Of a stretch of 64,000 bases of DNA, positions 1 through 11,342 are shown one piece after another. The stretch comes from Candidatus Spongiisociaceae bacterium (GTDB lineage Bacteria; Actinomycetota; Acidimicrobiia; Spongiisociales; Spongiisociaceae). The notes under the pieces are model-generated. The model did not search any database, was not told the DNA's origin, and was given only the letters and a program-made list of their open reading frames with translations. The stretch spans positions 2,810,797-2,874,796 of the forward strand of contig OZ251535.1 in the NCBI GenBank assembly GCA_965243165.1, in the 5' to 3' direction. Numbering within the stretch: position 1 is the stretch's first letter; each line of letters begins with the position of its first letter. The translations under genes were made by a program, and so were the position numbers.

Positions 1-114
1 CCCGGCCCGCGCAGGCCAAGCCGCCCAGTTTGTCACCCTCGTCCTCAGCGAGATGAGCATGTCGAACAATGCAAACCATCATCAACCGAGGTTCTTGTCA
101 GGGTAACCTTGGAG

Positions 115-912
115 CTACCCATCTCGGTCCGCCGGGCCGGGGCGCCGGTCGGGCGGGGCGGGGGGCACGGCGGCGTTCACCCCGCTCAAGCCCCCGTCGA
201 AGGCCAGCACCGCCCCGGTCATGAACCCGGCCTCCTCCGAGCACAGATAGCTGACCAACCGCGCCGCTTCGTCCGGCTGCGCCATGCGGCCGGCCGGCAC
301 CAGATCGAAGTACTCGGGCGGGGGCGGGTCGATCATGGGGGTGTCGACGGCGCCGGGGGCGAGGGCGTTGACCGTTATCCCGTAGCGGCCCAGCTCGGCG
401 GCCAGCGCCCTGGTCAGCCCCTCTACCCCGGCCTTGGAGGCGCAGTAGGCGGCGTGCCCGTCGATAGCCAGCCGCGCCCCGATCGACGACCACAGGACGA
501 TCCGCCCGCCCCGCCCCGCCGCCTCCATCTGGCGGGCCGCCTCGTCGGCGCAGTGGAGCGCCCCCAGCAGGTTGACCTCGAGGACGCGGGCGGTTTCCTC
601 CAAGGGGCGCAGGAACGAATAGCAGGCGGCGGGGTAGACGGCGGCGGCGGCCGCCAGGATATAAGCGGGCCCCAGCCGGGAGGCCGATTCGGCGAAGGCG
701 GCGGTTACCGCGGCCGGGTCGGACACGTCCGCCGCCAGCGCCAACGCCCGCCCCCCTGCCTCTTCTATTTCCCCCGCCGCCGCCGCCGCCCCGGCCCCGT
801 CGATGTCCAAGACCGCCACCAGCGCCCCCTCCGAAGCCAACCGGAGGGCGGCGGCGCGGCCCTGCCCGGAGGCGGCGCCGGTCACCACCGCCGTCCTGCC
901 TGCAATGCTCAT
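115..912 (-). CDS. SDR family NAD(P)-dependent oxidoreductase
   Basis: TGAASGQG Rossmann motif, YCASK catalytic motif, VNALAPG; RBS GAGGGAAG before ATG at 912. Confidence 0.9.
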   Translation of the reverse strand: MSIAGRTAVVTGAASGQGRAAALRLASEGALVAVLDIDGAGAAAAAGEIEEAGGRALALAADVSDPAAVTAAFAESASRLGPAYILAAAAAVYPAACYSFLRPLEETARVLEVNLLGALHCADEAARQMEAAGRGGRIVLWSSIGARLAIDGHAAYCASKAGVEGLTRALAAELGRYGITVNALAPGAVDTPMIDPPPPEYFDLVPAGRMAQPDEAARLVSYLCSEEAGFMTGAVLAFDGGLSGVNAAVPPAPPDRRPGPADRDG

Positions 913-1100
913 CTTCCCTCCCTGTCCGGCGCCGCTTCAGCTCGGCGGCGGCCAAACCCCCGGCGCCGGCGGTGAAGCTCGGCGGGCGGGGCGGCCCGGC
1001 TCCAGGCTACCCGCCCGGTGATGGGCGGGGCGGGCCCGCCCGCTTTGGTACTCTGGCCCCGTTCAGCTCAGAGATCCCTTCACCAGAAAGGCCCCTCCCG

Positions 1101-1922
1101 GTGACAACCGCCGACCTTCCCTGCCCTCCGCTCACCGAAACCGCCCTCAGCCTCGGCTTCTCGGAGTTCCACCGGCTGATGAGCGACAAGCTCGACGACC
1201 TCTGGAACGCCGAATACCGGCGCCGTTTCCCCAAGTGCGAGGAGATGGGGCCGTACTCGCCCATGATCGAAGAGGAGGAAGGCGGCTTGGCGGCGGTGCC
1301 GTCCGCCTCGCCGCTCACCAACGTCCGCCGCTGGTTCCTGAGCCGGGGGGGCAACCGGCTGGTGCAGGTGCAGCGCAACTGGTTCGCCTACAACTGGCGG
1401 ATCGCCGGACACGGGGTAACCAACGCCGACCCTCCCCCCTACCCCGGTTACCGGGCGGTGCGGGACGGGTTCACCGGCCACCTGGAAACTTTCATCCGCT
1501 TTGCGGAGGAGGAGGATCTGGGAGAGTTCCAGCCCATGCAGTGCGAGATCTCCTATGTGAGCCACCTTCCGGCGGGCCGGGCGTGGAAGGGGCCGGGGGA
1601 AGCGGACAAGGCGCTGCGGCTGTTCGCCCCCCTGCCGGCGGCGGCCCGCCTGCCGGAACAGGAAGCCATGCGCCACATCACCCAATTCGTGATCGCCGGG
1701 CCGGACGGGAAGCGGCTGGGCCGGTTGTACGCGCGGGTTGAAACCGCCCTGGCCGGGGAAGCCCAGCTGCTGGTGCTGACCTTGTTCGCCCGCAGCCCGG
1801 CCTTAGAGTCGCTGGAACAGGCGGCCGAGTTCTTCGACCTCGGCCACGAATGGGTAGTGAAGGCCTTCTACGACCTCGTCGCTCCGGAGGCGCTGGCCGA
1901 GTTCGAGGGCGGCGCGGGGTAA
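1101..1922 (+). CDS. TIGR04255-like protein of unknown function
   Basis: Likely GTG start at 1101; PPLTETALSLGF, RWFLS..NRLVQVQRNWFAYNWR, YPGY and FFDLGHEWVVKAF resemble this family. Confidence 0.6.
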   Translation: MTTADLPCPPLTETALSLGFSEFHRLMSDKLDDLWNAEYRRRFPKCEEMGPYSPMIEEEEGGLAAVPSASPLTNVRRWFLSRGGNRLVQVQRNWFAYNWRIAGHGVTNADPPPYPGYRAVRDGFTGHLETFIRFAEEEDLGEFQPMQCEISYVSHLPAGRAWKGPGEADKALRLFAPLPAAARLPEQEAMRHITQFVIAGPDGKRLGRLYARVETALAGEAQLLVLTLFARSPALESLEQAAEFFDLGHEWVVKAFYDLVAPEALAEFEGGAG

Positions 1923-1979
1923 GGACTGCCTGCGGTCGATAGAATGCCGCCCAATGAAGCAAGGGAGGCGGTTCCACCG

Positions 1980-2783
1980 ATGAAAGCCCTCACCCCTGAA
2001 CAGATCGGCGCCTGGGAGCGGGACGGTTTCTTGGTGGTCCCCGGCTTCGTGGACGCCGGGGAGCTGGCCGCCGTCCAATCCATAATCTCCGGGCTGGCCG
2101 AGCAGGATCCCCCCCACCCGCAGGTCCACATCGACGTCGACCCGGCGCTGGCGGGCCGCACCGACCTGGCGGCCTCCCAGACCTTCCGGGCGCTGATCCA
2201 CGCCGCCCACGCCAGCCCGGAGCTGCGCGAGGTGTACACCCTGCGCCCCAAGACCCTGGACGTGGTGGAGGACCTGCTGGGGCCGGACGTGGTGTTCTAC
2301 ACCGACCAGACCTTCCTGAAGCCGCCCGGAGGCAGCCCCGCCCCGCCCCACCAGGACAACGCCTACTGGGAACCCTTCTGGTCGGGAAAGGGCAAGCTGT
2401 CGGTGTGGCTGGCCCTCGACGATTCGACCATCGAGCGGGGATGCACCAACTTCGTTCCGGGCAGCCACCGCTCGGTGCTGGAGCACGAGCGCGACTTCTC
2501 CAAGGACGCCCTGTTCGGAGGGGCGGTGGAGGGCCTGACCCCCGATAAGCTGGACTCCGTGCCGGTGGAGCTGAAGGCGGGCGACGCCTGCATCCACCAC
2601 GGAGAGATCATCCACTTCAGCGGCCCCAACGTATCCGACCAACCCCGGCGCGGCCACGTAGCCGTCTACTTCAGCGCCCGCTGCACCTACACCGACCAAG
2701 TGAGCGAGTTCTTCGCCGACGCCTTCATCCCCGCCCGCGGCTACACCTACCCCGGCTGCGTAGGCGGCGAACGCCTTTTCTAG
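1980..2783 (+). CDS. Phytanoyl-CoA dioxygenase (PhyH) family Fe/2-oxoglutarate oxygenase
   Basis: WERDGFLVVPG, HQD Fe-binding motif, VWLALDD, HFSGPN..PRR. Confidence 0.9.
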   Translation: MKALTPEQIGAWERDGFLVVPGFVDAGELAAVQSIISGLAEQDPPHPQVHIDVDPALAGRTDLAASQTFRALIHAAHASPELREVYTLRPKTLDVVEDLLGPDVVFYTDQTFLKPPGGSPAPPHQDNAYWEPFWSGKGKLSVWLALDDSTIERGCTNFVPGSHRSVLEHERDFSKDALFGGAVEGLTPDKLDSVPVELKAGDACIHHGEIIHFSGPNVSDQPRRGHVAVYFSARCTYTDQVSEFFADAFIPARGYTYPGCVGGERLF

Positions 2784-3082
2784 CTCTCACTATCCGCATT
2801 GTTCACATCAACCTTGGTCCGAATCTCCTTGATGAGATCATCTGACAGCGCCGCATTCTGCTGAATAAACAGTATGGATATATGTCGCTTAGATAAATTT
2901 TGTGTATAACGCATATCATCATCAGCGCTGATCAGCAAATCATAACCTGCCTGCTCGGCTTTATCCAGCAATTCGCCATTGGTCAACCTGCACCAACCTA
3001 AATAGCGGGCAGTGTGTACCGTATGATCTGAAAGATGATGCCGAATGGACTCATTGGCGCATTTATCAAGCAGTATCTTCAT
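2780..3082 (-). CDS. DUF5615/VapC45-like PIN-domain toxin
   Basis: MKILLD..., GW..LTNGELL..AE..GYDLLISAD...YTQNL; low GC; directly downstream of a DUF433 gene. Confidence 0.75.
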   Translation of the reverse strand: MKILLDKCANESIRHHLSDHTVHTARYLGWCRLTNGELLDKAEQAGYDLLISADDDMRYTQNLSKRHISILFIQQNAALSDDLIKEIRTKVDVNNADSES

Positions 3083-3086
3083 TTTC

Positions 3087-3539
3087 TTAAACCGCCACAA
3101 CAAGCTGTCGATCACACTTGAGCACCCTTTTTATTAACTCGTAGTCCAGACCATATTTTGCGGAAAATGCGTGGGGCACAACCCCACCTTTCATATGATT
3201 GAAGAGGATTTCAACCGGAAATTCGGTTCCCTTGAAGACCGGCCTTCCATCCTGGCCAAGTTCAACCGCCGGGCAACCGGTCAAATCAACGATATGAATA
3301 GGAGGGTCATTTTGCAGGTATTCAAGGGCAACCCTTATATTCTCACTGCCTACATGATAACTTATTTCGAAATCCTCTACGCTCTGTCCGTTTTCTGTCC
3401 AGCTGACCAGAATATCCACCGGCATCCTCATACCCAGGAAGGAAGGAGCGCCTGAAACCCTGTCCGGCGTGTACTCGATGACCGGGCAACTCCGCCAATC
3501 GATCATTTCCAGCACCATAGATCCGGATGCGGTCGTCAC
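3087..3539 (-). CDS. Tandem DUF433-domain protein (VapB45-like antitoxin)
   Basis: Two repeats: DWRSCPVIE..PDRVSGAPSFLGMRMPV and DLTGCPAVE..GRPVFKGTEFPV; start uncertain. Confidence 0.8.
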   Translation of the reverse strand: MTTASGSMVLEMIDWRSCPVIEYTPDRVSGAPSFLGMRMPVDILVSWTENGQSVEDFEISYHVGSENIRVALEYLQNDPPIHIVDLTGCPAVELGQDGRPVFKGTEFPVEILFNHMKGGVVPHAFSAKYGLDYELIKRVLKCDRQLVVAV

Positions 3540-3649
3540 TGTTCCTCCTCGGCTCGCCGCCCCAATTATATACGAGTCTAGGCAGAACAGCTCGCCGCCC
3601 CCAGACAGACCCCGCTTCCCCGCGGCTGCGGCAGGCCGGGCGGCGGGGT

Positions 3650-4457
3650 TCAGCCGATGAAATCTGCCAGCAGGTCGAGCTGGCGGCGCACCGACTCGAA
3701 GTTGGCGCCCCCTTTGGAACGGCGGCGGCGGACCGACTCGACCGGATCGGTCAAGGCCAGATCCTCAGACCGGAAACGCGGATCGGCCGCCTCCAGGTCG
3801 GCGGCGGACGCTTCACCCAGGTTCCTGCCCTCGGCGGCCAAGGCCGACAGCAGCCTTCCCACCGCATGGTGGGCCGCCCGGAAGGGAACCCCCCGCTCCA
3901 CCAGAGCTTCGGCCAGATCCAAGGCGGTGACCGACGGGTCGGGCGGCGGCGGGTGGAAGTCGGCCCCTGCGATCAGGGCGGTCATGGCTTCCAACGCCCC
4001 GGCCAAGGCGTCGTCAACGGCGAACACCGCCGCCTTGTCCTCCTGGAAGTCCCGGTTGTAGGTCAGGGGAAGCCCCTTCTGGAGGGCCATCAGCCCCGCA
4101 GGTAGAGGCGCAGACCGAGCGCGGCCTGGTCGTTGCGGGACCGCCCGGTGTGCAGCTTCCCGGCCGCCCCGCCCGCCAGCTCGCCGAGGCGCCTCTCCAC
4201 CGCCGAATGAACGTCCTCGTCCCCTTCGGCGAAACGGAACTCCCCCGCCTCGGCCTCTTCGAGGATCGTCCGCAACCCGCTACGCAGGGTTTCCGCTTCG
4301 CTGCGGTCCAGCAGGCCGGCCTCCGCCAGCATTGCGGCATGGGCAATCGACCCGGTGATGTCCTCGGCCAGCAGCCAGCGGTCACTGCGGTCAACGGTGA
4401 AACGCCAGAGCACCTCGGAAGGGTCCTCCGAGAACCGGCCCCCCACATCTTCGTCAT
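3650..4457 (-). pseudogene. argH: Internally deleted second copy of argininosuccinate lyase
   Basis: 3650-4095 matches the argH 3' part and 4096-4457 matches the 5' part; about 550 bp of the centre is missing and a C-run near 4440 is one base short. Confidence 0.9.
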
Positions 4458-4504
4458 GCCGCCGCCCCCGGCCTCCGGGCCGCACCCAGGGTCATCCATC
4501 CGCC

Positions 4505-4722
4505 TCCGCCGAGGGGTTCGCCCACCCCCGCGGCGTCGACTTCTTCTAATCCGACCAACACCTCGCACATGCGCGTAGGATTACGTTCCACAGGGGTCCT
4601 CCTCACTCGGGGATGAATTTCAAGCGTCCGATTATGGAGGACCCCACCCCCGATCCCGTGGATTCCCACCGTCCGTCAGAGGACCTGCCCGTCCTCTACT
4701 CCCCCCTCATCTCCGAAGAGCC
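4505..4722 (-). mobile_element. Truncated ISL3 (left end plus first transposase codons)
   Basis: Near-identical reverse complement of 21059-~21276, ending in the terminal IR ...CTCCGAAGAGCC at 4722. Confidence 0.9.
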
Positions 4723-4843
4723 GGTTTTCGGCGAGGAGGTCGTTGATGGTTGTGTAGAGTGCGATAGCGAGGGTGTTCAGATCCGGGTTCATTCCAGGCC
4801 TCCAAGGTCAGGGAGCTCAGCCGGGTTTCAGGAAGGAGAGTCT

Positions 4844-5860
4844 ATGAGAGCGTTAACTCGGCCGGCGGCCCGCGTTGTTGCTGTGCTTGTATTCGCGGCT
4901 TGCGGCGGTGGGGATCCTCTTCCTTCTCCGTCTTCGGGAGCGGATGCTACTGGTGCCTCAGCGGCAACACTGGCAGAAACAGAAACAGAAACAGAAGTAG
5001 CAGAAGCCTTGGCAATAGCCCCAGCAGAAGCAACAACAACCCTACCCCCGGCAACAACCGCCCCGGCGTCAACAACAACATCAACCGTGTGGATAGACCA
5101 GGAGGATGTAACAACAGACTCCTCACCTTCCCTAATGGAATTCACCGCCATCACCGCCGGAGACTCGTATTCGTGCGGAATACGCACAGACAACACCACA
5201 ACCTGCTGGGGCTGGAACGAATACGGTCAGGCAGACGCCCCACCCGGGCAATTCACCGCCATCACCGCCGGAGACTCGCATTCGTGCGGGATACGCACAG
5301 ACAACACCACAACCTGCTGGGGCAACAACGACTGGGGGCGGGCAAACGCGCCGACCGGGCAATTCACCGCCGTAACCGCCGGATGGGGGCATTCGTGCGG
5401 GATACGCACAGACAACACCATAACCTGCTGGGGCCGGCCCCACTGGGGTAACGACTGGGGTCAGGCAGACGCGCCAGCCGGGCAATTCACCGCCGTAACC
5501 GTCGGAGACTCGTATTCGTGCGGGATACGCACAGACAACACCACAACCTGCTGGGGCTGGAACGAATACGGTCAGGCAGACGCGCCAGCCGGGCAATTCA
5601 CCGCCGTAACCGCCGGATGGGGGCATTCGTGCGGGATACGCACAGACAACACTATAACCTGCTGGGGCAACAACAGCTGGGGGCGGGCAGACGCGCCAGC
5701 CGGGCAATTCACCGCCGTAACCGCCGGAGGATATCATTCGTGCGGGATGCGCACAGACAACACCACAACCTGCTGGGGCACCAACAGCTGGGGCGGGCAG
5801 ACGCCCCGGGGTTCGCAGGCAGTTCCGAACCCGATGAACAATAAGCAGTCCCGAACCTGA
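4844..5860 (+). CDS. RCC1-repeat lipoprotein
   Basis: RBS GGAAGGAG, lipobox VFAAC, Thr/Ala linker, six ~37-aa repeats FTAxTAGxxxSCGIRTDNTTTCWG; last repeat probably frameshifted near 5790 (true end likely 5844). Confidence 0.85.
   Translation: MRALTRPAARVVAVLVFAACGGGDPLPSPSSGADATGASAATLAETETETEVAEALAIAPAEATTTLPPATTAPASTTTSTVWIDQEDVTTDSSPSLMEFTAITAGDSYSCGIRTDNTTTCWGWNEYGQADAPPGQFTAITAGDSHSCGIRTDNTTTCWGNNDWGRANAPTGQFTAVTAGWGHSCGIRTDNTITCWGRPHWGNDWGQADAPAGQFTAVTVGDSYSCGIRTDNTTTCWGWNEYGQADAPAGQFTAVTAGWGHSCGIRTDNTITCWGNNSWGRADAPAGQFTAVTAGGYHSCGMRTDNTTTCWGTNSWGGQTPRGSQAVPNPMNNKQSRT
5140..5806 (+). repeat. Six near-identical ~111-bp tandem coding repeats
   Basis: Recurrent AATTCACCGCC...TTCGTGCGGGATACGCACAGACAACACC...ACCTGCTGGGGC. 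Confidence 0.95.
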
Positions 5861-5914
5861 TGCACAAATCGAGCTGTTGGGAACCTTTGTTTCGGTGCTG
5901 GTATCAGTGAACAC

Positions 5915-6457
5915 CTAGGCCGTTGCTGAACAGCAACGCAGCACAGAACACCTGCTGGGAACTCGACAGATGAACCGGCGCCCTATGCTACGGACGGCGG
6001 CTCTCCCAAGACCCCGGAGACGTCGAAATCGTCTACCCGCCCAAACCGGGCTGAGCACTCCCTCGGAACAACCCCGACAATACACGAGAACAGAACGGAC
6101 GGATGAGATAAGCACCCGCATCCTTCTGACCTGATGAACCAGCCCGACGGCAGGCATGAACACCGGGATCAACCGGCTCTTCGAGAACGCCGCCGCCTGA
6201 CAAGCTCCCTTGGGCAAGAACGATCCCCGTGCCCCTGCACACCTCCGCAACCCCACACAAGCCCCTCCTCAACACCAGGCAACCCAACCACAAGCCGCTC
6301 CCGGCGGTAACTTCCCAAACCACGGCTCCACCAAAAACACGAGGCAAGCGGAAGCCGATAAAACCACCCACCACTCCTAACGGCCCAACCACCCCCACCC
6401 ATCCCCTCAATCGGCTCTACACACCCCAACCAGTACACCATGAAGAATCGGGGCTAG
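5915..6457. other. A/C-skewed non-coding stretch, possible decayed IS remnant
   Basis: Strong A/C strand skew, no credible ORF, bounded by CTAG at both ends; no terminal IR seen. Confidence 0.3.
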
Positions 6458-6638
6458 GAGGTTTGTTGGAGAACCTTTCGCGGACTCGACGCTTTGATCC
6501 TCCGGCCTCACCCAGAGGGCGCCCCATCGGGGGGGCAGGCTCGGAAGGGGTGTTCATGACAGCCTCCCGCCGCACGCCTCGTCCAACCAGCTCAGCTCGG
6601 TTGAATTGAATCTGCTCAACCAGCAGCAACAAACTGAA

Positions 6639-6700
6639 GATCACACTTGAGCATCCGTTTTATTTGCTCGCAGTCCAGACCGTATTTTTCGGAAAATGCG
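6639..6700 (-). pseudogene. Diverged ~60-bp remnant of the DUF433 gene 3' end
   Basis: GATCACACTTGAGCA...AGTCCAGACC.TATTTT.CGGAAAATGCG aligns with 3110-3171. Confidence 0.75.
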
Positions 6701-6741
6701 CGGGCAGGCGCTTCCCTGCAGCTGCGGCCGGGCGGCGGGGT

Positions 6742-8097
6742 TCAGCCGATGAAATCTGCCAGCAGGTCGAGCTGGCGGCGCACCGAATCGAAGTTGGCGC
6801 CCCCTTTGGAACGGCGGCGGCGGACCGACTCGACCGGATCGGTCAAGGCCAGATCCTCAGGCCGGAAACGCGGATCGGCCGCCTCCAGGTCGGCGGCGGA
6901 CGCTTCACCCAGGTTCCTGCCCTCGGCGGCCAAGGCCGACAGCAGCCTTCCCACCGCATGGTGGGCCGCCCGGAAGGGAACCCCCCGCTCCACCAGAGCT
7001 TCGGCCAGATCCAAGGCGGTGACCGACGGGTCGGGCGGCGGCGGGTGGAAGTCGGCCCCTGCGATCAGGGCGGTCATGGCTTCCAACGCCCCGGCCAAGG
7101 CGTCGTCAACGGCGAACACCGCCGCCTTGTCCTCCTGGAAGTCCCGGTTGTAGGTCAGGGGAAGCCCCTTCTGAAGGGCCATCAACCCGGTCAGACGCCC
7201 GATGGCGGCGGCGGCCCTCCCCCGGGTCAGCTCGGCGATGTCGGGGTTCTTCTTGTGCGGCATGGCCGACGAGCCGGTGGTGAGGGAATCGCTGAACGTC
7301 GCCCAGCCGAACTCGGCGGAAGCCCACAGCACGCATTCCTCGGCCAGCCGCGACAGGTGCACCAGCGCCTGGGTGCAGGCGAAGGCGTACTCGGCCACCT
7401 GATCGCGGGCGGCCACCGCGTCCATCGAGTTGGCGAACCGGCCCTCCGCCCCCAGCAGCTCGGCGGTGAGGTCCGGGTCGATCGGCAGGCTGCTGCCCCC
7501 CAGAGCGCCCGCCCCCAGCGGCGAAACGGCCAGGCGCTCGACCGCCTCTCCGAACCGCTCGGCGTCCCGCACCGCCATGAACGCATAGGCCAGCAGGTGA
7601 TGGGCGAACGGCACCGCCTGGGCCTGCTGCAGGTGGGTGTATCCGGCGGCCACCGTTTCTCCGGCCTGCCTGGCCGCTGATGCCGCCGCCGCCGCGAACT
7701 CCCGCAGCTGACCGATCCGCTCCGCACCCGCCGTCCGCAGGTAGAGGCGCAGACCGAGCGCGGCCTGGTCGTTGCGGGAACGCCCGGTGTGCAGCTTTCC
7801 GGCCGCCCCGCCCGCCAGCTCGCCGAGGCGCCTCTCCACCGCCGAATGGACGTCCTCGTCCCCTTCGGTGAAACGGAACTCCCCCGCCTCGGCCTCTTCA
7901 AGGATCGTCCGCAGCCCTTCCTGCAGGGCCGCGGCTTCGCTGCGGTCCAACAGGCCGGCCTTCCCCAGCATTTCGACATGGGCAAGCGACCCGGTGATGT
8001 CCTCGGCCAGCAGCCGGCGGTCGCTGCGGTCAACGGTGAAACGCCAGAGCACCTCGGAAGGGTCCTCCGAGAACCGGCCCCCCCACATCTTCGTCAT
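6742..8097 (-). CDS. argH: Argininosuccinate lyase
   Basis: MWGGRF start, EDVH, KLHTGRSRNDQ, GYTHLQQAQ, GSSAMPHKKNPD. Confidence 0.97.
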   Translation of the reverse strand: MTKMWGGRFSEDPSEVLWRFTVDRSDRRLLAEDITGSLAHVEMLGKAGLLDRSEAAALQEGLRTILEEAEAGEFRFTEGDEDVHSAVERRLGELAGGAAGKLHTGRSRNDQAALGLRLYLRTAGAERIGQLREFAAAAASAARQAGETVAAGYTHLQQAQAVPFAHHLLAYAFMAVRDAERFGEAVERLAVSPLGAGALGGSSLPIDPDLTAELLGAEGRFANSMDAVAARDQVAEYAFACTQALVHLSRLAEECVLWASAEFGWATFSDSLTTGSSAMPHKKNPDIAELTRGRAAAAIGRLTGLMALQKGLPLTYNRDFQEDKAAVFAVDDALAGALEAMTALIAGADFHPPPPDPSVTALDLAEALVERGVPFRAAHHAVGRLLSALAAEGRNLGEASAADLEAADPRFRPEDLALTDPVESVRRRRSKGGANFDSVRRQLDLLADFIG

Positions 8098-8131
8098 GCC
8101 GCCGCCCCCGGCCTCCGGACCGCACCCAGGG

Positions 8132-9354
<1,223 letters not shown>

Positions 9355-9358
<4 letters not shown>

Positions 9359-9843
9359 CCGCTCTCTCCTGTCTGTCCCGTCTGTATTTCTTGGATCATC
9401 GCAGCCGCCGCCCCGCCGCCCGTATCTTCATCGGCCGCGACCAACAGCGTGTCGTCCCCGGCCACCGTACCCAGCACCCCCGCCAGGCCGGCGCGGTCGA
9501 GGGCGGCCGCCACCACCTGGGCGGCGCCCGGAGGGGTCTTGATCACCACCAGGTTGGCGCTCGACCGGATCGACAGCGCGTAGACGGAGAGCACCGCCGC
9601 CAGGGCCTCCCGGGTGAGAGGCGGCGAGGGCGGCCCCAGCATGTACCGCATCATCCCGTATTCGTCCGGCGCCTTGACGGCCCCCAACGCCCGCAGATCC
9701 CTGGACACCGTGGCCTGGGTAACGGGGTGGCCCCGCTCGACCAGCAACGCGGTCAGGTGCGACTGGCTGGTGATGTCCTTCTCCTCGAGTATCTTCCTCA
9801 GCTCCCTCCGGCGGAAAGCGGTGCTGACCTTGTCCATAGGCAA
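9355..9843 (-). CDS. argR: Arginine repressor
   Basis: [28 protein letters not shown]. Confidence 0.95.
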
Positions 9844-9874
9844 AGATTATGCACTATTTTGCATGAATATGCAA
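9839..9874. promoter_or_regulatory. Two tandem ARG boxes (ArgR operators)
   Basis: TTGCATGAATATGCAA (9859-9874) and GGCAAAGATTATGCAC (9839-9854), 20 bp apart, at the argR start. Confidence 0.8.
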
Positions 9875-9878
9875 AGCG

Positions 9879-11342
9879 TCAGTACTTGTATTCGTCCCGC
9901 TTGTAGGGCCCCTCCACCGGCGCCCCGATGTAGTCGGCCTGCTCCTTGGTGAGCTCGGTGAGCTCCACGCCCAGATGGTCCAGATGCAGCCGGGCCACTT
10001 CCTCGTCCAGGTGCTTGGGGAGGCGCATCACCTCGGCCTCGTAGTCGTTCTCGTGCAGGTCGAGCTGGGCCAGCACCTGATTGGTGAAGGAGGTGGACAT
10101 CACGAAGCTGGGATGGCCGGTGGCGCACCCCAGGTTGAGCAAACGCCCCTCGGCCAGCACCAACACCCCGCGCCCGTCGGGGAACACGTACTCGTGGTAC
10201 TGGGGCTTGATCTCCCGGCGCTCCACCCCCTCGGCCGCCTTGAGCCCGGCGATGTCGATCTCGTGGTCGAAGTGGCCGATGTTGCCCACGATGGCCTTGT
10301 CCTTCATCCTGGCCATGTGGTCGAATGTGATCACGTCGCGGTTGCCGGTGGCGGTGATGAAGATGTCGGCGGTCTCGGCCATGTTGTCGACGGTGTTGAC
10401 CTCGTAGCCGTCCATGGCGGCCTGCAGGGCGCAGATCGGATCCACCTCGGACACGACCACCCGGCACCCCTGGCCGCGCAGCGCCTGGGCGCACCCCTTG
10501 CCCACCTCGCCGTAGCCCGCCACCAGCGCCACCTTGCCGCCCAGCATCACGTCGGTCGCCCGGTTGAGGCCGTCCACCAGGCTGTGGCGGCACCCGTAGA
10601 CGTTGTCGAACTTCGACTTGGTGACCGAGTCGTTGACGTTCATGGCCGGGAACAGCAGTCTGCCCATCTCCTGCATCTCGTACAGGCGGTGGACGCCGGT
10701 GGTGGTCTCCTCGCTCACCCCCCGGATCGACTCCGCCATGCGGATGTAGCGCTTCGGATCGGCGGCCAGCCGGGTGCGCAGCTGCTCGAGGATCACCCCC
10801 CACTCCTCCGGCTCGCGGTCGGGGTCGTAGGAGGGCACACCCCCCGCATGCCCGTACTCGGCGCCCTTGTGCACCAGCAGGGTGGCATCGCCCCCGTCGT
10901 CGACGATCAGGGTGGGGCCGTCGAACCCCTTCCACTCGAGCATCTGGTCGGTGCACCACCAGTACTCCTCCAGGGTCTCGTCCTTCCAGGCGAAGACCGG
11001 AATCCCGAGGGGGTTGTCCGGGGTTCCGCCGGTCTCGGGGCGGCCCACCGCCACCGCCGCCGCCGCGTGGTCCTGGGTGGAGAAGATGTTGCAGGAAGCC
11101 CAGCGCACCTCGGCCCCCAGAGCGGCCAGCGTCTCGATCAACACCGCCGTCTGGACGGTCATGTGCAGCGACCCGGAGATGCGGGCGCCGGCCAGCGGCT
11201 GCGAAGAGGCGTACCGCTCCCGCAGCGCCATGAGGCCCGGCATCTCGTGCTCGGCCAACTCGATCTCCCGGCGGCCCTGCTCCGCCAGCCCCAAGTCCTG
11301 AACGGCGTATTCGACCGCCGCCCCAGGCGCGTTCCGCATCAT
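9879..11342 (-). CDS. ahcY: Adenosylhomocysteinase
   Basis: [57 protein letters not shown]. Confidence 0.98.
   Translation of the reverse strand: MMRNAPGAAVEYAVQDLGLAEQGRREIELAEHEMPGLMALRERYASSQPLAGARISGSLHMTVQTAVLIETLAALGAEVRWASCNIFSTQDHAAAAVAVGRPETGGTPDNPLGIPVFAWKDETLEEYWWCTDQMLEWKGFDGPTLIVDDGGDATLLVHKGAEYGHAGGVPSYDPDREPEEWGVILEQLRTRLAADPKRYIRMAESIRGVSEETTTGVHRLYEMQEMGRLLFPAMNVNDSVTKSKFDNVYGCRHSLVDGLNRATDVMLGGKVALVAGYGEVGKGCAQALRGQGCRVVVSEVDPICALQAAMDGYEVNTVDNMAETADIFITATGNRDVITFDHMARMKDKAIVGNIGHFDHEIDIAGLKAAEGVERREIKPQYHEYVFPDGRGVLVLAEGRLLNLGCATGHPSFVMSTSFTNQVLAQLDLHENDYEAEVMRLPKHLDEEVARLHLDHLGVELTELTKEQADYIGAPVEGPYKRDEYKY

Noticed and set aside
4613-4843. N-terminal extensions of ORFs 4613..5860 and 20758..21168
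   Set aside because: Their shared first residues are read out of the ISL3 end; the RCC1 gene starts at 4844 and the other ORF is the dgt tail.
5140-5806. CRISPR array or DGR template/variable repeats
   Set aside because: Repeats are in-frame protein repeats without unique spacers; the differences are not adenine-specific and no reverse transcriptase is present in the window.
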